Assembly: GCA_017654855.1 (NCBI GenBank)
Contig: CM030336.1
Span: 62,001-126,000 of the forward strand
Origin: Podospora anserina
Lineage: Eukaryota
Direction: 5' to 3'
DNA: 64,000 nt
Part shown: positions 38,293 through 49,823 of the stretch, piece after piece
Position numbering within the stretch: the first letter of the stretch is position 1
Layout of the letters: each line of letters starts with the position of its first letter
The notes under the pieces: generated by a model
Database searches by the model: none
What the model saw: only the letters and a program-made list of their open reading frames with translations
Told to the model about the DNA's origin: nothing
Made by a program: the position numbers and the translations under genes

Positions 38293-40023
38293 ATGGCCGG
38301 ACTCCGGGTCATTCCGGGATGCAGACGAGGCTTGCACTTTGGAGGTACCTGTGAACGGAGGGTGACCTTGCAGACAACACGACAGTTAAGGCCACGAGGG
38401 CAGCCTGGAAGCAGCTGTCGACCATATTCTGCCACCACAGCATCAACACCGAATGGAAGAGGATGGGGCCGCAACGCATTCGTTGCCTCCGGGGCACTGG
38501 GTCTCGTTGGATTCGGAGCAGGTGTCATGTTCGGCAAGGGATACTATGAACTAGTGCAACCAAAGGCTGAATGGGATTTGAACACGCCGAATATCCCCAA
38601 GGCTATCACGTATGCCAACCGATTCGAGATGCTGCATGCTGCCGAGGAGATTGCCCGACTGATAGGCCAAGATTGTGTCAGTTACGACTCTGATGTGTTG
38701 GAACATCACGGACACTCTGACTGGTCTACTTCCAACTCCTCAGAAAGAGCCGTCGCCGTAGTCTTTCCTCGGACGACGGAGGATGTGTCTACCATCGCCC
38801 GGATATGCAGCAAACGCAAAGTCCCCATGATTCCTTTTGGAGCTGGCTCTTCGGTTGAGGGCAACTTCAGCCAGCCTTATTCAGGAATCTGCATCGACTT
38901 CACCAATATGGACAAGGTGATATCGTTCCACCCGGAAGACATGGACGTGGTAGTCCAGCCAGGAGTAAACTGGGTCGATCTCAACAACAAGATTGCCCAC
39001 ACCAACCTCTTCGCGCCGATGGACCCCTCCCCAACAGCCACCGTCGGTGGCATGGTCTCAACTAACTGTTCTGGCACCAATGCCTTCCGCTACGGAACCA
39101 TGAAAGACTGGGTCCTCAACCTCACCGTTGTCCTGCCTGACGGCCAAACCGTCAAGACCCGTCGACGACCACGAAAGACCTCGGCGGGGTACAATCTCAC
39201 CTCGTTATTCGTCGGTGCAGAAGGGACTCTGGGTATGGTGACAGAAATCACCCTCAAACTCGCCCCTATACCGCAAGACACCTCCGTCGCCGTGATCCCC
39301 TTCCCCAGCATCAACGACGCCGCCGCAGCCGCCACCTCGCTCATTCGATCTGGCATCTCCGGCCTTGCCGCTCTCGAAATCATGGACGACGCCCAGATGG
39401 CCATCCTCAACAAGCACGGCAGCGCCACCGTCCGCCAACGCCGCTGGCAGGAGAAGCCTACCCTGTTTATCAAATTCTCCGGCACCACCGAAGCAATCAA
39501 ATCCGACATTTCACGCGTCTCATCCCTCGTGGCACCTTTCAGTGCTCACCAGCTCATCTTTGCCAGATCGAAAAAGGAGGAATCCAATCTCTGGGCTGCG
39601 CGCAAAGAAGCCTTGTTCACCATGGTTAATATCCGCCCCGAGGGAACAGAAATGTGGTCTACCGACGTTGCGGTGCCCATCTCGCGGCTTGCTGAGATCA
39701 TCACCTGGTCCAAAGAGGAGTGTTCCAAGCTGGGCGTTTTTGCCAGCGTCATTGGACATGTGGGGGATGGCAACTTTCATGTGGCTATGATGTACGACCC
39801 GAGGAATGCAGGGCAAAAGGAGGCAGTGGGGAAGACGGTCAAAGAGATGATGAAGAGGGCGTTGGAGATGGAAGGGACCGTGTCGGGGGAGCATGCTATT
39901 GGGATTGGCAAGAAGGGTAGCCTCAGGGACGAGTTGGGGGTGGAAACGATTGGGTTGATGAGGGCGTTGAAGAGGGCTGTGGATCCGGATTGGATTATGA
40001 ACCCAGGGAAGGTGTTTGACTAG
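38293..40023 (+). CDS. Mitochondrial D-lactate dehydrogenase (cytochrome), FAD-linked oxidase
   Basis: Arg-rich presequence, PFGAGSSVEG, TNCSGTNAFRYG, GAEGTLG, GHVGDGNFH, SGEHAIG, MNPGK. Confidence 0.93.
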   Translation: MAGLRVIPGCRRGLHFGGTCERRVTLQTTRQLRPRGQPGSSCRPYSATTASTPNGRGWGRNAFVASGALGLVGFGAGVMFGKGYYELVQPKAEWDLNTPNIPKAITYANRFEMLHAAEEIARLIGQDCVSYDSDVLEHHGHSDWSTSNSSERAVAVVFPRTTEDVSTIARICSKRKVPMIPFGAGSSVEGNFSQPYSGICIDFTNMDKVISFHPEDMDVVVQPGVNWVDLNNKIAHTNLFAPMDPSPTATVGGMVSTNCSGTNAFRYGTMKDWVLNLTVVLPDGQTVKTRRRPRKTSAGYNLTSLFVGAEGTLGMVTEITLKLAPIPQDTSVAVIPFPSINDAAAAATSLIRSGISGLAALEIMDDAQMAILNKHGSATVRQRRWQEKPTLFIKFSGTTEAIKSDISRVSSLVAPFSAHQLIFARSKKEESNLWAARKEALFTMVNIRPEGTEMWSTDVAVPISRLAEIITWSKEECSKLGVFASVIGHVGDGNFHVAMMYDPRNAGQKEAVGKTVKEMMKRALEMEGTVSGEHAIGIGKKGSLRDELGVETIGLMRALKRAVDPDWIMNPGKVFD

Positions 40024-40799
40024 CGTCGTTCTTAATCTCGCTCATATAGATTAGTTAGTGGTATTTTTGGTTGAGTAGGTAGGTATTGTTCAACACTCAA
40101 AGCTCGGGTATCATCGCGAAATGTCATATTCATCATCTACGCCCTGCCCTTAGTTGCCCAATGACCTCCTCTCCTACAAACACCGCCACAGTTCCGATCA
40201 AGACCCAGCCTCCGACATACCAAGCCCAGTCACCCACCACACCAAACACCAAGCCCCAGATCAAAACATCGAATACGCACGACGCAAGGCTCTGGCTCAC
40301 TGCACCAGGACACACCTCAACCACAGACCGGCCGAACAGCAGCTGTTTTGCTTGCCAGAGCCCTATGATGGCCCTCCAGATTGCATACAGCGTAAAAACT
40401 GCCCAAACAGCATCTCGGAAAGCGATGAAAGAGGGATTTTAGATTTTGAATGAGACTTCGTATAGGATCGGGCTGAAATAGGTTTGCCGCCGTGGTTGAC
40501 GGTTTGTGGACATAGTCCGGGTTGGGTTGGAATTCGACCGGCGGCATTGATACTTCATGGTATAAATGTGTTGGTGAATGTAATACATTGGTAAAAACTT
40601 TATTAGGGATGAATGTCGGGTAGCAAATCACATGGGAGTTCGGGTCTTTCTATTAAATGCTGCCTGGGGGAACCACGCAATCCAGGAGACGTGCCAAGAG
40701 TCGAAAGGCCATCGAGACCCGCCAAGGTGGTACTAAGTTATCGAACATCCATCCTAGCTACCACAAGACGCGCAATCTAATTATTGTCTTTCAGGTCAA

Positions 40800-42432
40800 C
40801 TAAGCCTTGTTTTCGCCATCGCGCGTGACAGTCTCAGCCAAACCAGGCTGCTCCCCCTTTTCTTTTCTAGCAATGACAGCCTCGATCTCGGCAGCCAAGC
40901 GAGACTCGCCCTTTCTGGTGTTCCACGGACGTGGCCCGTCCTTAGAGAACATGACCTCAATCTCCTCCAACGTCTTACCGCAGGTCTCTGGGTAAAACAC
41001 CCAGAACCAGATCGCCGCGGCAACGCACAAGGCGCCAAAGATGATAAAGAGCTTCCAGGTAATGTTGACAAAAGCTGGTGGCGTGAACATGCCCAAGGCA
41101 AAGTTGAAGACCCAGTTGGACAGAGCCGCCATCGACATGCCTGTGGCACGGGTGCCGAGGGACCACACTTCAGCAGCGTAGATCCAGCATACTGGAGCCA
41201 GCGTAAGGGCGTACACCACGATCAGGAGATACGAGAAGGTGATGACAGTGTTGGCCGGGGCGCCCGAGTGAACAGCAATGACAATGTTGGCATTCGGGGG
41301 GTTGCCAACTCCACCAGGAACGTCGGTGTGGTTGCCACCCATGACACCGCCGATGACAAAGTGGCAGAAGCCCATGCCAAGAGCTCCCCAGACAAGGAGA
41401 GTGCGACGGCCAGTCTTGTCAATGAAAAGCCTGTGAAGAAGTGTCAGTCTTTGTGTTGTTGACGACCAAACGAGAAAGAACTTACCACATGACACCTGTA
41501 AAGATGATGAAGACGGCATACTGAATACCCGAAGTAACCATGGCCACATCGCCCTCTAACCCGGCCATCTGGGCGATATATGTCAGGTAATACACAATGA
41601 CATTGGCACCAGCCAGTTGCTGCCACGCCTGTACCGTCATTCCCGCCATGGTCCTCTTCCACATTCCATTCTTGAAGAACTTCCTCCACCCCTTTCCAGC
41701 CTCCCTCTCCGCATTCATGACTGTGACAATCTCTTCCCACTCGGCAATCACCCTCGGATCCTCAATATTGCCATCCGCCTGGATGTTTGCCAGCGTCCGG
41801 ATCGCTTCTTCATCCCTCCCCACTTTGGCCAACCATCTGGGGGACCGGGGCAGAAAGGGCAGCCCAATAATGAGGAGAACGCAAGGGATAAACTGCGTCC
41901 CCCACGCCGTCCGGAAGCTTGCCGTCCCCGGGATACTCGCACACGCATAGCCGATAAAGTACATGATCAAAATGCCAAACTCGATGGCGAGCTGCTGGAT
42001 AATGACCAGACTCCCTCTCTTTTCCGCTTTGGCGATCTCGGCCAGGTACACGGGCACCTGAGCGGACGTGATACCAACCGTGAATCCGTTGAACACTCTG
42101 CCCACGATCAGCTGGCCGACGTTTTGGCAGGCCACCTGCACAGATGTCCCAATGAGCCAGAATAAGCACGCAAACATGATGGAGTCCCTCCGGCCAATCT
42201 TGTCCGAGATGGGGCCTGCAACGGCAGAGCCGAGGACGGAGCCGGCGGCGAGGGCGGAACCGATGGCACCTTGGATGACGCCCGAGGGATTGTTGAAGTA
42301 GGTGATGTACTGGTTCGTGACGACGATGGCCGACATGGACGAGATGTCGAAGCCGAAAAGGGCACCGCCCAGGGTGGCGATGATGGCCACGAGGTGGACA
42401 TTGTAGATAGTGGGGAGCTTCATCTTGGGCAT
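40800..42432 (-). CDS. Sugar porter, high-affinity glucose transporter (HGT1-like)
   Basis: GFDISSMS, DKIGRR, VPVYLAE, SPRWL, WQQLAGANVIVYY, IDKTGRR, PETCGKTLEE. Intron at about 41431-41485. Confidence 0.93.
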
Positions 42433-43225
42433 CCTGTCTAGGTGTCTGAGCCCCTTGGGTGCTGCTGATGGTGACACACAAGAGCTCAGGTGGGAATAAG
42501 CTTAAATAAATGGAGGAACCGCCAGGCTGGTCGATGGGAGCAGAGGAGGAAATTCTTGACGTTATCTATCTCGCCTCGCCATATGGAGGTCTGGATCGGC
42601 CGACCAATATTACCCTTTGCATCCTCGCATCTTCGCATCCTGCGTGAGGGGAGAGACATACAACCGTAGACGCGAGCCAATGCGGTCAGGCCGCTGCGAC
42701 CAGGAAGAGGCATGGTTGATACAAGCAAGTTGAGCCGTTTGGATGTTACCCTGATGGTCGTGCGTGCCTGTGGTCCAGGAAGCATCAAGATGGTGGTGGA
42801 GCAAGGGAGGTTGGAGGAAATGACGAATCCCGCCAATCATGGGCCGGACCGTTGCGACGCAGCGGAAGTATGCCGTGGCATACCGTTGAGACTGTGACCG
42901 TCGATGCACCGGGTTTCGCAGCCGTGATAGGCGCGCTTCTGACCCATGCTCGGGTGAATGTAGCATCGACGAGCAGGTCACTACCGCCTTCGGCAGTTTT
43001 ATCGACGATACCTGACTTGCTGTCGATCGGTGGATGTGTCTCCAGGAATTTTCCCCGGCTTTTTTACCCCAACTTTGAGGTGGAGAGGTGGAGGCCTGAT
43101 CACGGCGTGTTCAGTGTTTACTGTGTGGAGATGGAATGTGCCAAACCGGCGTCATATTTTTTGGTCAGACTGGCAGCTGGCTGCCTTTTTCCCACAATAC
43201 AAGATCCATCCGTCTACCTACATGA

Positions 43226-44647
43226 TCAAGCGGCAGTGATGTACTGGCTGTGCGCCCGAATCCGCTTGCCATACTTGTACAACACCCACGGTACTGGAAC
43301 CAACACGACGGAGATGAATCCCAACAAACTGCTGGCCCATCCGGTACCCAAAGACGAGAATAGCTGCACGGTAAACAGAGGGAAGGCGCCTCCAAAGGCA
43401 TACCTCAACAAACTGTTGGCACTGAGCGCACTCGCGCCGTGCAGCGAACCATACGAGTTCATAATGTACAGGGCACCGCTGCTGTACACCATGATGTTTC
43501 CCACAGCAAAGGGCACTGCGGCCACGACAGGGCTCGCCCAGTGTGCGCCTGCGCTGGCGGACCACCCGAACCAAAACAAACTGGCTGGGTTGAGGGCACT
43601 GCCCACCATTGCGCCGTAGAGACGGTGCTCAGGTGGCACTTTGCCAACCCCATACTTGGTCTCCAATGCGGGATACGTGCGACGGTCAATGTAGACAACC
43701 CCAACGAACCCTACTACGCACCCCAACGCGATGGAGAGAAACGTGAGGCCTTGCTGGCCCGGGGTGAAGTTGTAGTGGCCGCCCGGGCCAAAGATGTAGG
43801 GGAATGCGGCAAAGAAGCTGTAGAAAACGGCAAAGTTGAAGGCCATGTAGATGGTCATGAAGAGCACGATGGACTCGACAAAGAGCATCTTGAACGGCTT
43901 GAGAAGAATACGCTGGAGGATGGCGCGGGATGGCGGAGCGACCTTGGAGGACCATGTGGGTGTTTTCTCGTTTCGCGTGCGCTTCTCCAGAATGATCTTT
44001 TTGTAGGTTTCGGACTGGGGAAGGGCGTACAGGTAGTTGAAGACGATCATGAAGAGGATAATCCATTGGAGCCATCGCCATCCCTTGGCCTCGATCAGGT
44101 AGCCGCCGACAACAGGCCCAAAGGCCGGCCCCAGAAAAGGCGAAACAAAGTAAAAAGGATACACGACGCCGGCGAGGGTGGGCCGCCAGAGATCGGCATT
44201 GGTGCCGCCGCCCACCGACACAACGGCACTGCCAAAGAAGCCAGCAAAGGTGCGGCAGACAATCAGGGTGACAAAGTTGGGAGCCAGTCCAGAGCCCAGG
44301 GTGAACAGGCCAAAGATGGGAACTGTCGTCAAATAGACGATCCTGCGGCCGTAGTTCTCGCTGACAGGGGCAGCAATGATGGCGCCGAGACCAAGGGCCC
44401 AGAGGAAGAGGGAGAGGCCGAGCAATGATTCGGTGCGGGACACGTTGAACTGCTGTGATATGTCGTTGGTACCCGAGGTGTAGACCGAGGAGGCAAAAGA
44501 GACGTTGACGCAGAGCAGGGCCGGAATGCTCGTCATGTAGAGGCGCTTCCACAGGGGCCAGTTGTAGGGACAGTCGGCATCATCAGGGCCTGTCCAGTCC
44601 TGGTCAACCAAGTCGCGTGCCTGAGGCGCTCGGGAGGGGAGAGCCAT
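43226..44647 (-). CDS. MFS drug:H+ antiporter (DHA1)
   Basis: DWTGPDD..PYNW, APVSENYGRR, GWRW, ETY, PPEHRL. Intronless 473 aa. Confidence 0.92.
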   Translation of the reverse strand: MALPSRAPQARDLVDQDWTGPDDADCPYNWPLWKRLYMTSIPALLCVNVSFASSVYTSGTNDISQQFNVSRTESLLGLSLFLWALGLGAIIAAPVSENYGRRIVYLTTVPIFGLFTLGSGLAPNFVTLIVCRTFAGFFGSAVVSVGGGTNADLWRPTLAGVVYPFYFVSPFLGPAFGPVVGGYLIEAKGWRWLQWIILFMIVFNYLYALPQSETYKKIILEKRTRNEKTPTWSSKVAPPSRAILQRILLKPFKMLFVESIVLFMTIYMAFNFAVFYSFFAAFPYIFGPGGHYNFTPGQQGLTFLSIALGCVVGFVGVVYIDRRTYPALETKYGVGKVPPEHRLYGAMVGSALNPASLFWFGWSASAGAHWASPVVAAVPFAVGNIMVYSSGALYIMNSYGSLHGASALSANSLLRYAFGGAFPLFTVQLFSSLGTGWASSLLGFISVVLVPVPWVLYKYGKRIRAHSQYITAA

Positions 44648-45153
44648 GGCGGTCGAGCGTAAAAGTGAGTGTCCTGGTGATGTGAGCAGTCCATGTTACC
44701 CACCTCACATCACATACCTGTCGACGATGATTCATCCTGTCGGTTATCGTGCCCGGGTGTTGTTGGTTGACTGTCGACGAGGGAGGAGCTTTGACCACTA
44801 CGAAAGACCAAGCTGTTGCACGTGACAGCGCTTGATCAATGCCAACTCGGAAGGATCCTGGAAAGTCACTCACCCTCTTCCTCCCTCATCCTCACCACTG
44901 GCGACAATGCACAATGGCCGACCTCACAGCTGTCCCGGGCGAGCTGCCCAGAATGATATGCCATGAGCTCGAGGAGCCGTCTGGCGATTCAACCTCCGTC
45001 GAAATATGACTCGGTTAGGGTTATTACCCAACGGATGGAAGTCGGGTAAATATCACGTGCCCGCGCGAAGGTTTCGCGAAGAGGGCTGTTTACACAATAC
45101 ACTTCAGCCTCTGCTGTGCTGTTTGTCGTGGCAGCTCTCCAGCATCAACAACA

Positions 45154-47319
45154 ATGGCTACCTTCATGAGCCTGCCGAACGAGACCTTTGTTCAGGATTT
45201 GCAACGAGATGCGCGATTTCGAAACCCTCGCCGATGTCCTCAACACTCTGCGCCTTCTCCCGTACCGCCCGCCGCCTCGCCATCGTCGCTGAAAGGCCCC
45301 TGTACGAAGTCGGAATAGAGAAGTTCAAGGCTCTTCCCCTGGCTGCGAAAATATTGCTGAATCTCGGTGCCGACATGACGCAACTGGCTACAGCACATTT
45401 GGCTGAAGGGACACATATGGAGCTTCTACTGCCTACCCTTTGTTGCATGTACTCGCATGCTGACGCACTGGACGATCTATTGCAGGACGGCGACCAGGTT
45501 GCGGCGACACCCCGGTCTTGTGCTCGTACCAGCCGATCGAGCGACTTCTCAAAGGCGGCGTTCCTCACGAATGGACATTCAACAACGGGCGAAGGGCGTT
45601 TGCGCTTCACCTAGCCCCCCGCAACTTGAGATGGGATGCCATTGTCGGCTTGTTGGAGGCTGGTGCCGACGTCAACGCGGCTGACGACCAGGGGCAAACT
45701 GCGCTGATGGTTTTGCTTGGCAACTTTCGCTATACTCAACAATTTCCCGATTTAGTCCACAAACCCGAAAAAGTCGTTTGTCTACGACAACCTCCAAGCA
45801 TTTGTGGCCTTTGGGGTCGAGGTCAATGCCCAAGACCACTCAGGGAAAACGGCTCTCCATCATTTCTTCAGGGCTTTTGCCGAGTGGCCCGATCGCCAGT
45901 GGACAACCGAATACGCAAAGGAGGTCCTTGAATTTCTCCTGGAAGAGGGCGCAGACCCGCTTATTCGCGACAACAATGACGTTACGGCCTTTGAGACGGC
46001 GGTCAAATGCAAGCACGTCTGGGCTATCAACATGATGTCGCTCATGTGCAAACTCGACCCGAACACGTCGTTTGGTGGCCTAGACAAGGGACAAAGACTC
46101 TTTCTCGCCGCTGGATGCTCTCATCAGTATAAAGCCTTATACAGGTATGACGAAGGGGAGCACCCCTGGGATGCCGACCACAATGAGCTCATGTCCTTGA
46201 TGGGGGCCCATGACATGAGAATGGACATGGACCTGCTCGACTCTGACGATGATTTCCCAACAGGGCTCTGGGATGCCCAAAATCGCTTCAAGGCAACCCA
46301 GGCGGTTAGTGAAGCGGTGATTGACACACTGCTCAATATGGATCTGTCTCATCACTTTACATCGTTCATGCCCTTCTTTCTGTGGTGTCTCCCTCCGGCG
46401 TACCGGTGGCATGTGCGGTCCTCGCGCCAGCTCATCAAGCTCACTGTTGCCCGTGTTCTCTGCCACCGTGGTGGCTTGAGTGTATCCCAACTCGGCTCCG
46501 ACCAGATCAAATCATTGTTCAAGCTGTTACGGCGACGTCGGGAATGGGACATGGTCTGCCATCTGCTGGACTCGGTCCCTGACCGCGAGATTGACAACAT
46601 CGGCGGCGATGGGGAGACGCTGCTGTTTGCAATTCTAGCGCATGGAGAGATGACGGGCTGGACTTAGCTATGCCACTTGCATCTCTAAGCTGGTCGAACG
46701 CGGGGCGGATTGCCATCGACTCATCGACTGCCAACACAACGGGTTTGCCATGAGTCCTCTGACGGGGGCATTGATGTACCAGAGCGGCCCATTGATACAG
46801 AAGCTGTTGGCCCTGCAGCCCATCAAGGACCACCCTGAGGCTGTCAAGCAACCTTTCCTGTACGAGACGGTCAGGCATCCGCTGGAGGCTGATCGTAGGT
46901 ACAGCTATGCAGGGTACCAGACACCGGCCAAGTGCCACCAAGGTCCCAGCATAATCCAATTGGTGATGGAATCAGGGGCTGACACGGCCGTGACAAACGA
47001 CATGGATGGCAACACTGCTTGGTCCACACTTTTGAGCGACATGTTACAGCGCCGACAGATTATATGGAAATATTGTTGCTTGTTCAAAATCTTGAGTCCA
47101 GGTGTAAACATTCACCGCAGGAATAACCAGGGCGAGTCTGTGATCAGTTACCTATGGCAACTACTGGCCCCCGGTGCCGGTGAAGACCATGGTAAAAAGG
47201 AGGGAGTGATTGAGAACGGATTGGAGCATCTCAATAGACATTTTGAGACTGTTCCGGGCGAGGATGGAGGTGAGACAATTGTATGGAAGGAGACGCCGTG
47301 CACAGGTCAGGCTGGTTAA
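45154..47319 (+). pseudogene. Frameshifted F-box + ankyrin-repeat protein
   Basis: MATFMSLPNET..LCAFSRTARRL (F-box-like), LLEAGADVNAADDQGQTALM, VNAQDHSGKTALH, GADPLIRDN. Pieces lie in different frames without clear splice sites. Confidence 0.75.
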
Positions 47320-48571
47320 TGGTCCGGAATGAAGACTTTTTGCATGGCGCTGGAAGATTTTGGATATATAATTGTGTATGAGAAACCCACCTAAACCCAA
47401 GCTAATGTCGTCGTCTGGTGAACTTGCGTGGGATGATGCAACGAGATGGGAATATTACATTTGTGTCGATTTGTGTCTTGGCATTCCTTTGTCACACCCA
47501 ATCGACAGGTTACCCAAGTATGCTGCGGTTCTGAGGGTGGTCGTGCGGTCGATGGCCTTGAAACACTTGAAGGGCGGGAGATCCAGCGCAGATGACTCGC
47601 CCACTCTGCTTCTGCCACACTCCCGCGCGTCTTGCTGCAGAATTCGGCGTAACGCGCGGCCCTCCCTGAGCTCTGATGGCGAACCAGACTGCCGGAAGCC
47701 CCCGAGTGCCTGTGGAAAGTCGGGCCGGGCAGCGGGTAGCGAGTGCAAACGAATCAGTAGCTAAGACATCCGATCCACCGCACGGCTCCATGAACAAAAG
47801 CTGAAAGCTGGTGCCCATCTCCAGCTCCGCCGTAGGTGGACATGATCATCGAGGCTTTTGGAGCCTCTTGATGACATGCCCGTTGGGACGGGATGCGGGG
47901 GGTTTGCGCAGTCAGGTGGTTTGTGGCGCGGGGGTGCCTGGAGCCGGACGGGTGCTGCAGCGCCCTGTAGTGTTTGGTTGAGTCCGTATTAGCGGCAGTC
48001 CCACGGCACCGTCTTTGGACGGACCCGGGAGCTTCATCAACTACCTATCCGGCCACCAGAAAGGTCCTGCATCGTCAGCACCGGCCGCATATCGCTCTGT
48101 ACGACACCGATATGAGGGGTATATTACTCCCGTCCTTTCCCTGTCTTCTTTCTGGGCTTCTCACCAGTTCGCAGTCGTTTGCATGAGAGGAGAACGTGAC
48201 AGCAGCATCCACCGCCCAGAAGTAGCAACAACACCCCCGCCAAGCAGTTGAGACGCAGGTGAAACATTGAAACAAAGATCTTCCTCCTTGTCTTTCGCCT
48301 GGCAGCAGAATTAAATACCTTTGTTCGACCTACACAGCGAACTCTTGGGTCTCTGTCTTTGAGGTCCTTTTCTTGGCAGTTTCTGCTTTAGCATACCACG
48401 AAGGGAGGAAGGATATATTCATTACGACCGACCGTTGACCGATCGGCTGGCACAACATCCCATTTTGTTTCCTTTTGCCTATCTTTGAACTTCTTAATTC
48501 TGTCGTTTTCCCTCTCGATTCATGCTTTTACGGCCTTATCTCTATTAATACACCCCGAATACTCATTAATC

Positions 48572-49823
48572 ATGGACAGCAAGACGGTGTCTTCCCGCCT
48601 GCGAGAGCTGGTCAAGGTTCGTGCCCTTATCCTTTCCCTCGTCTGCCACGATGCTAACATTGCTATAGTTTCTCGGAACAGTCAAGGGCGATCTCGCCAA
48701 CGTCACCGGACCTCCCTCCCTCCTCGCTCCCTCGTCCGTCGTTGAAGTCGGCCACTGCTGGGCCCAGCGTCCTGCCGTCTTTGCCGCCCCTGCCCACGAG
48801 CCCCTCCCCGAGAAACGCTCCCTGCTCGTCCTCAAATGGTTCCTCGTTGCTCTCAAGAGTCAACTCTACGTCGCCGGTTCCCCTGGCCCGCAAGCCGTCT
48901 CGATCAAGAAGCCCCTGAACGCCTTTCTCGGAGAGCTATTCCTCGCATCGTGGACCGACGAGGAAAACAAGGCATGCACCGAGCTCATCGCCGAGCAGGT
49001 ATCTCACCATCCCCCCATTACGGCGATGCACGTCATCGACCGTCAAAACGGTGTCAGGGCCGACGGGTACGCTAGGGTGGAGATGACATTCAACGGAAAC
49101 GTGAACATCAGACAGGTTGGGCATGCAATGGTGCACATTGATCGATATGACGAGGATCATTTAGTGCCGCTGCCAGATGTGAAGATCAGAGGATTCTTGG
49201 GCGGGTGCATGTACCCAGAGATCACTGGGACGTATACCCTGCACTCGAGTGGCGGGTACGTGTCTCAGGTCAAGTTCTCTGGAGAGGGGATGATCAGGGG
49301 AAAGAGGAACTCCTTTGAGGCAAAGGTGTACAAGAAGGATGATACCAAACAGAGGGCCATTTACACTCTCTCGGGAGTCTGGAGCGACGGGTGGGTGGTC
49401 AAGGATGCGCAAACTGGGGAGGTCCTGGAGATGTTCAAGCATGACGCGGTGGAGAATGAGCCGGTGCCCATGGATATCGTTCCGGTGGAGCAGCAAGATG
49501 ACTGGGAGAGCCGTAAGGCGTGGGGCAAGGTGCTGAATGGGATGGCCATGGGTAATCTCGAGGCTGTCACGCGGGAGAAGACCAAGATCGAAAAAGCGCA
49601 GAGACTGATGAGGGCTTTTGAGGAGTCAAGGGGCGAGACATGGGAGCCGCTGCTCTTCCAGTCCATTTCAGCGGGTGATTTTGAGGTATTCCATCGCTTG
49701 GCAGATGGTACGGGTCATCAGTTGGCTGATGAGAGAACCAAAGGGGTGTGGAGAGTGAAGGATACGCAAGTCAAGAACCTCCAGAGGCCCTTTAGAGCTG
49801 GTCTCACGCCGCTGGGGTATTAA
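48572..49823 (+). CDS. Oxysterol-binding protein (Osh4/Kes1-like)
   Basis: Intron 48617-48668. KGDLANVTGPP, KKPLNAFLGELF, EQVSHHPP signature, ESRKAW. Confidence 0.95.

Noticed and set aside
46660-46690. TAG in the ankyrin gene as an A-to-I editing-corrected stop
   Set aside because: Read-through meets TAA six codons later. The continuation is in another frame, so this is a frameshift.
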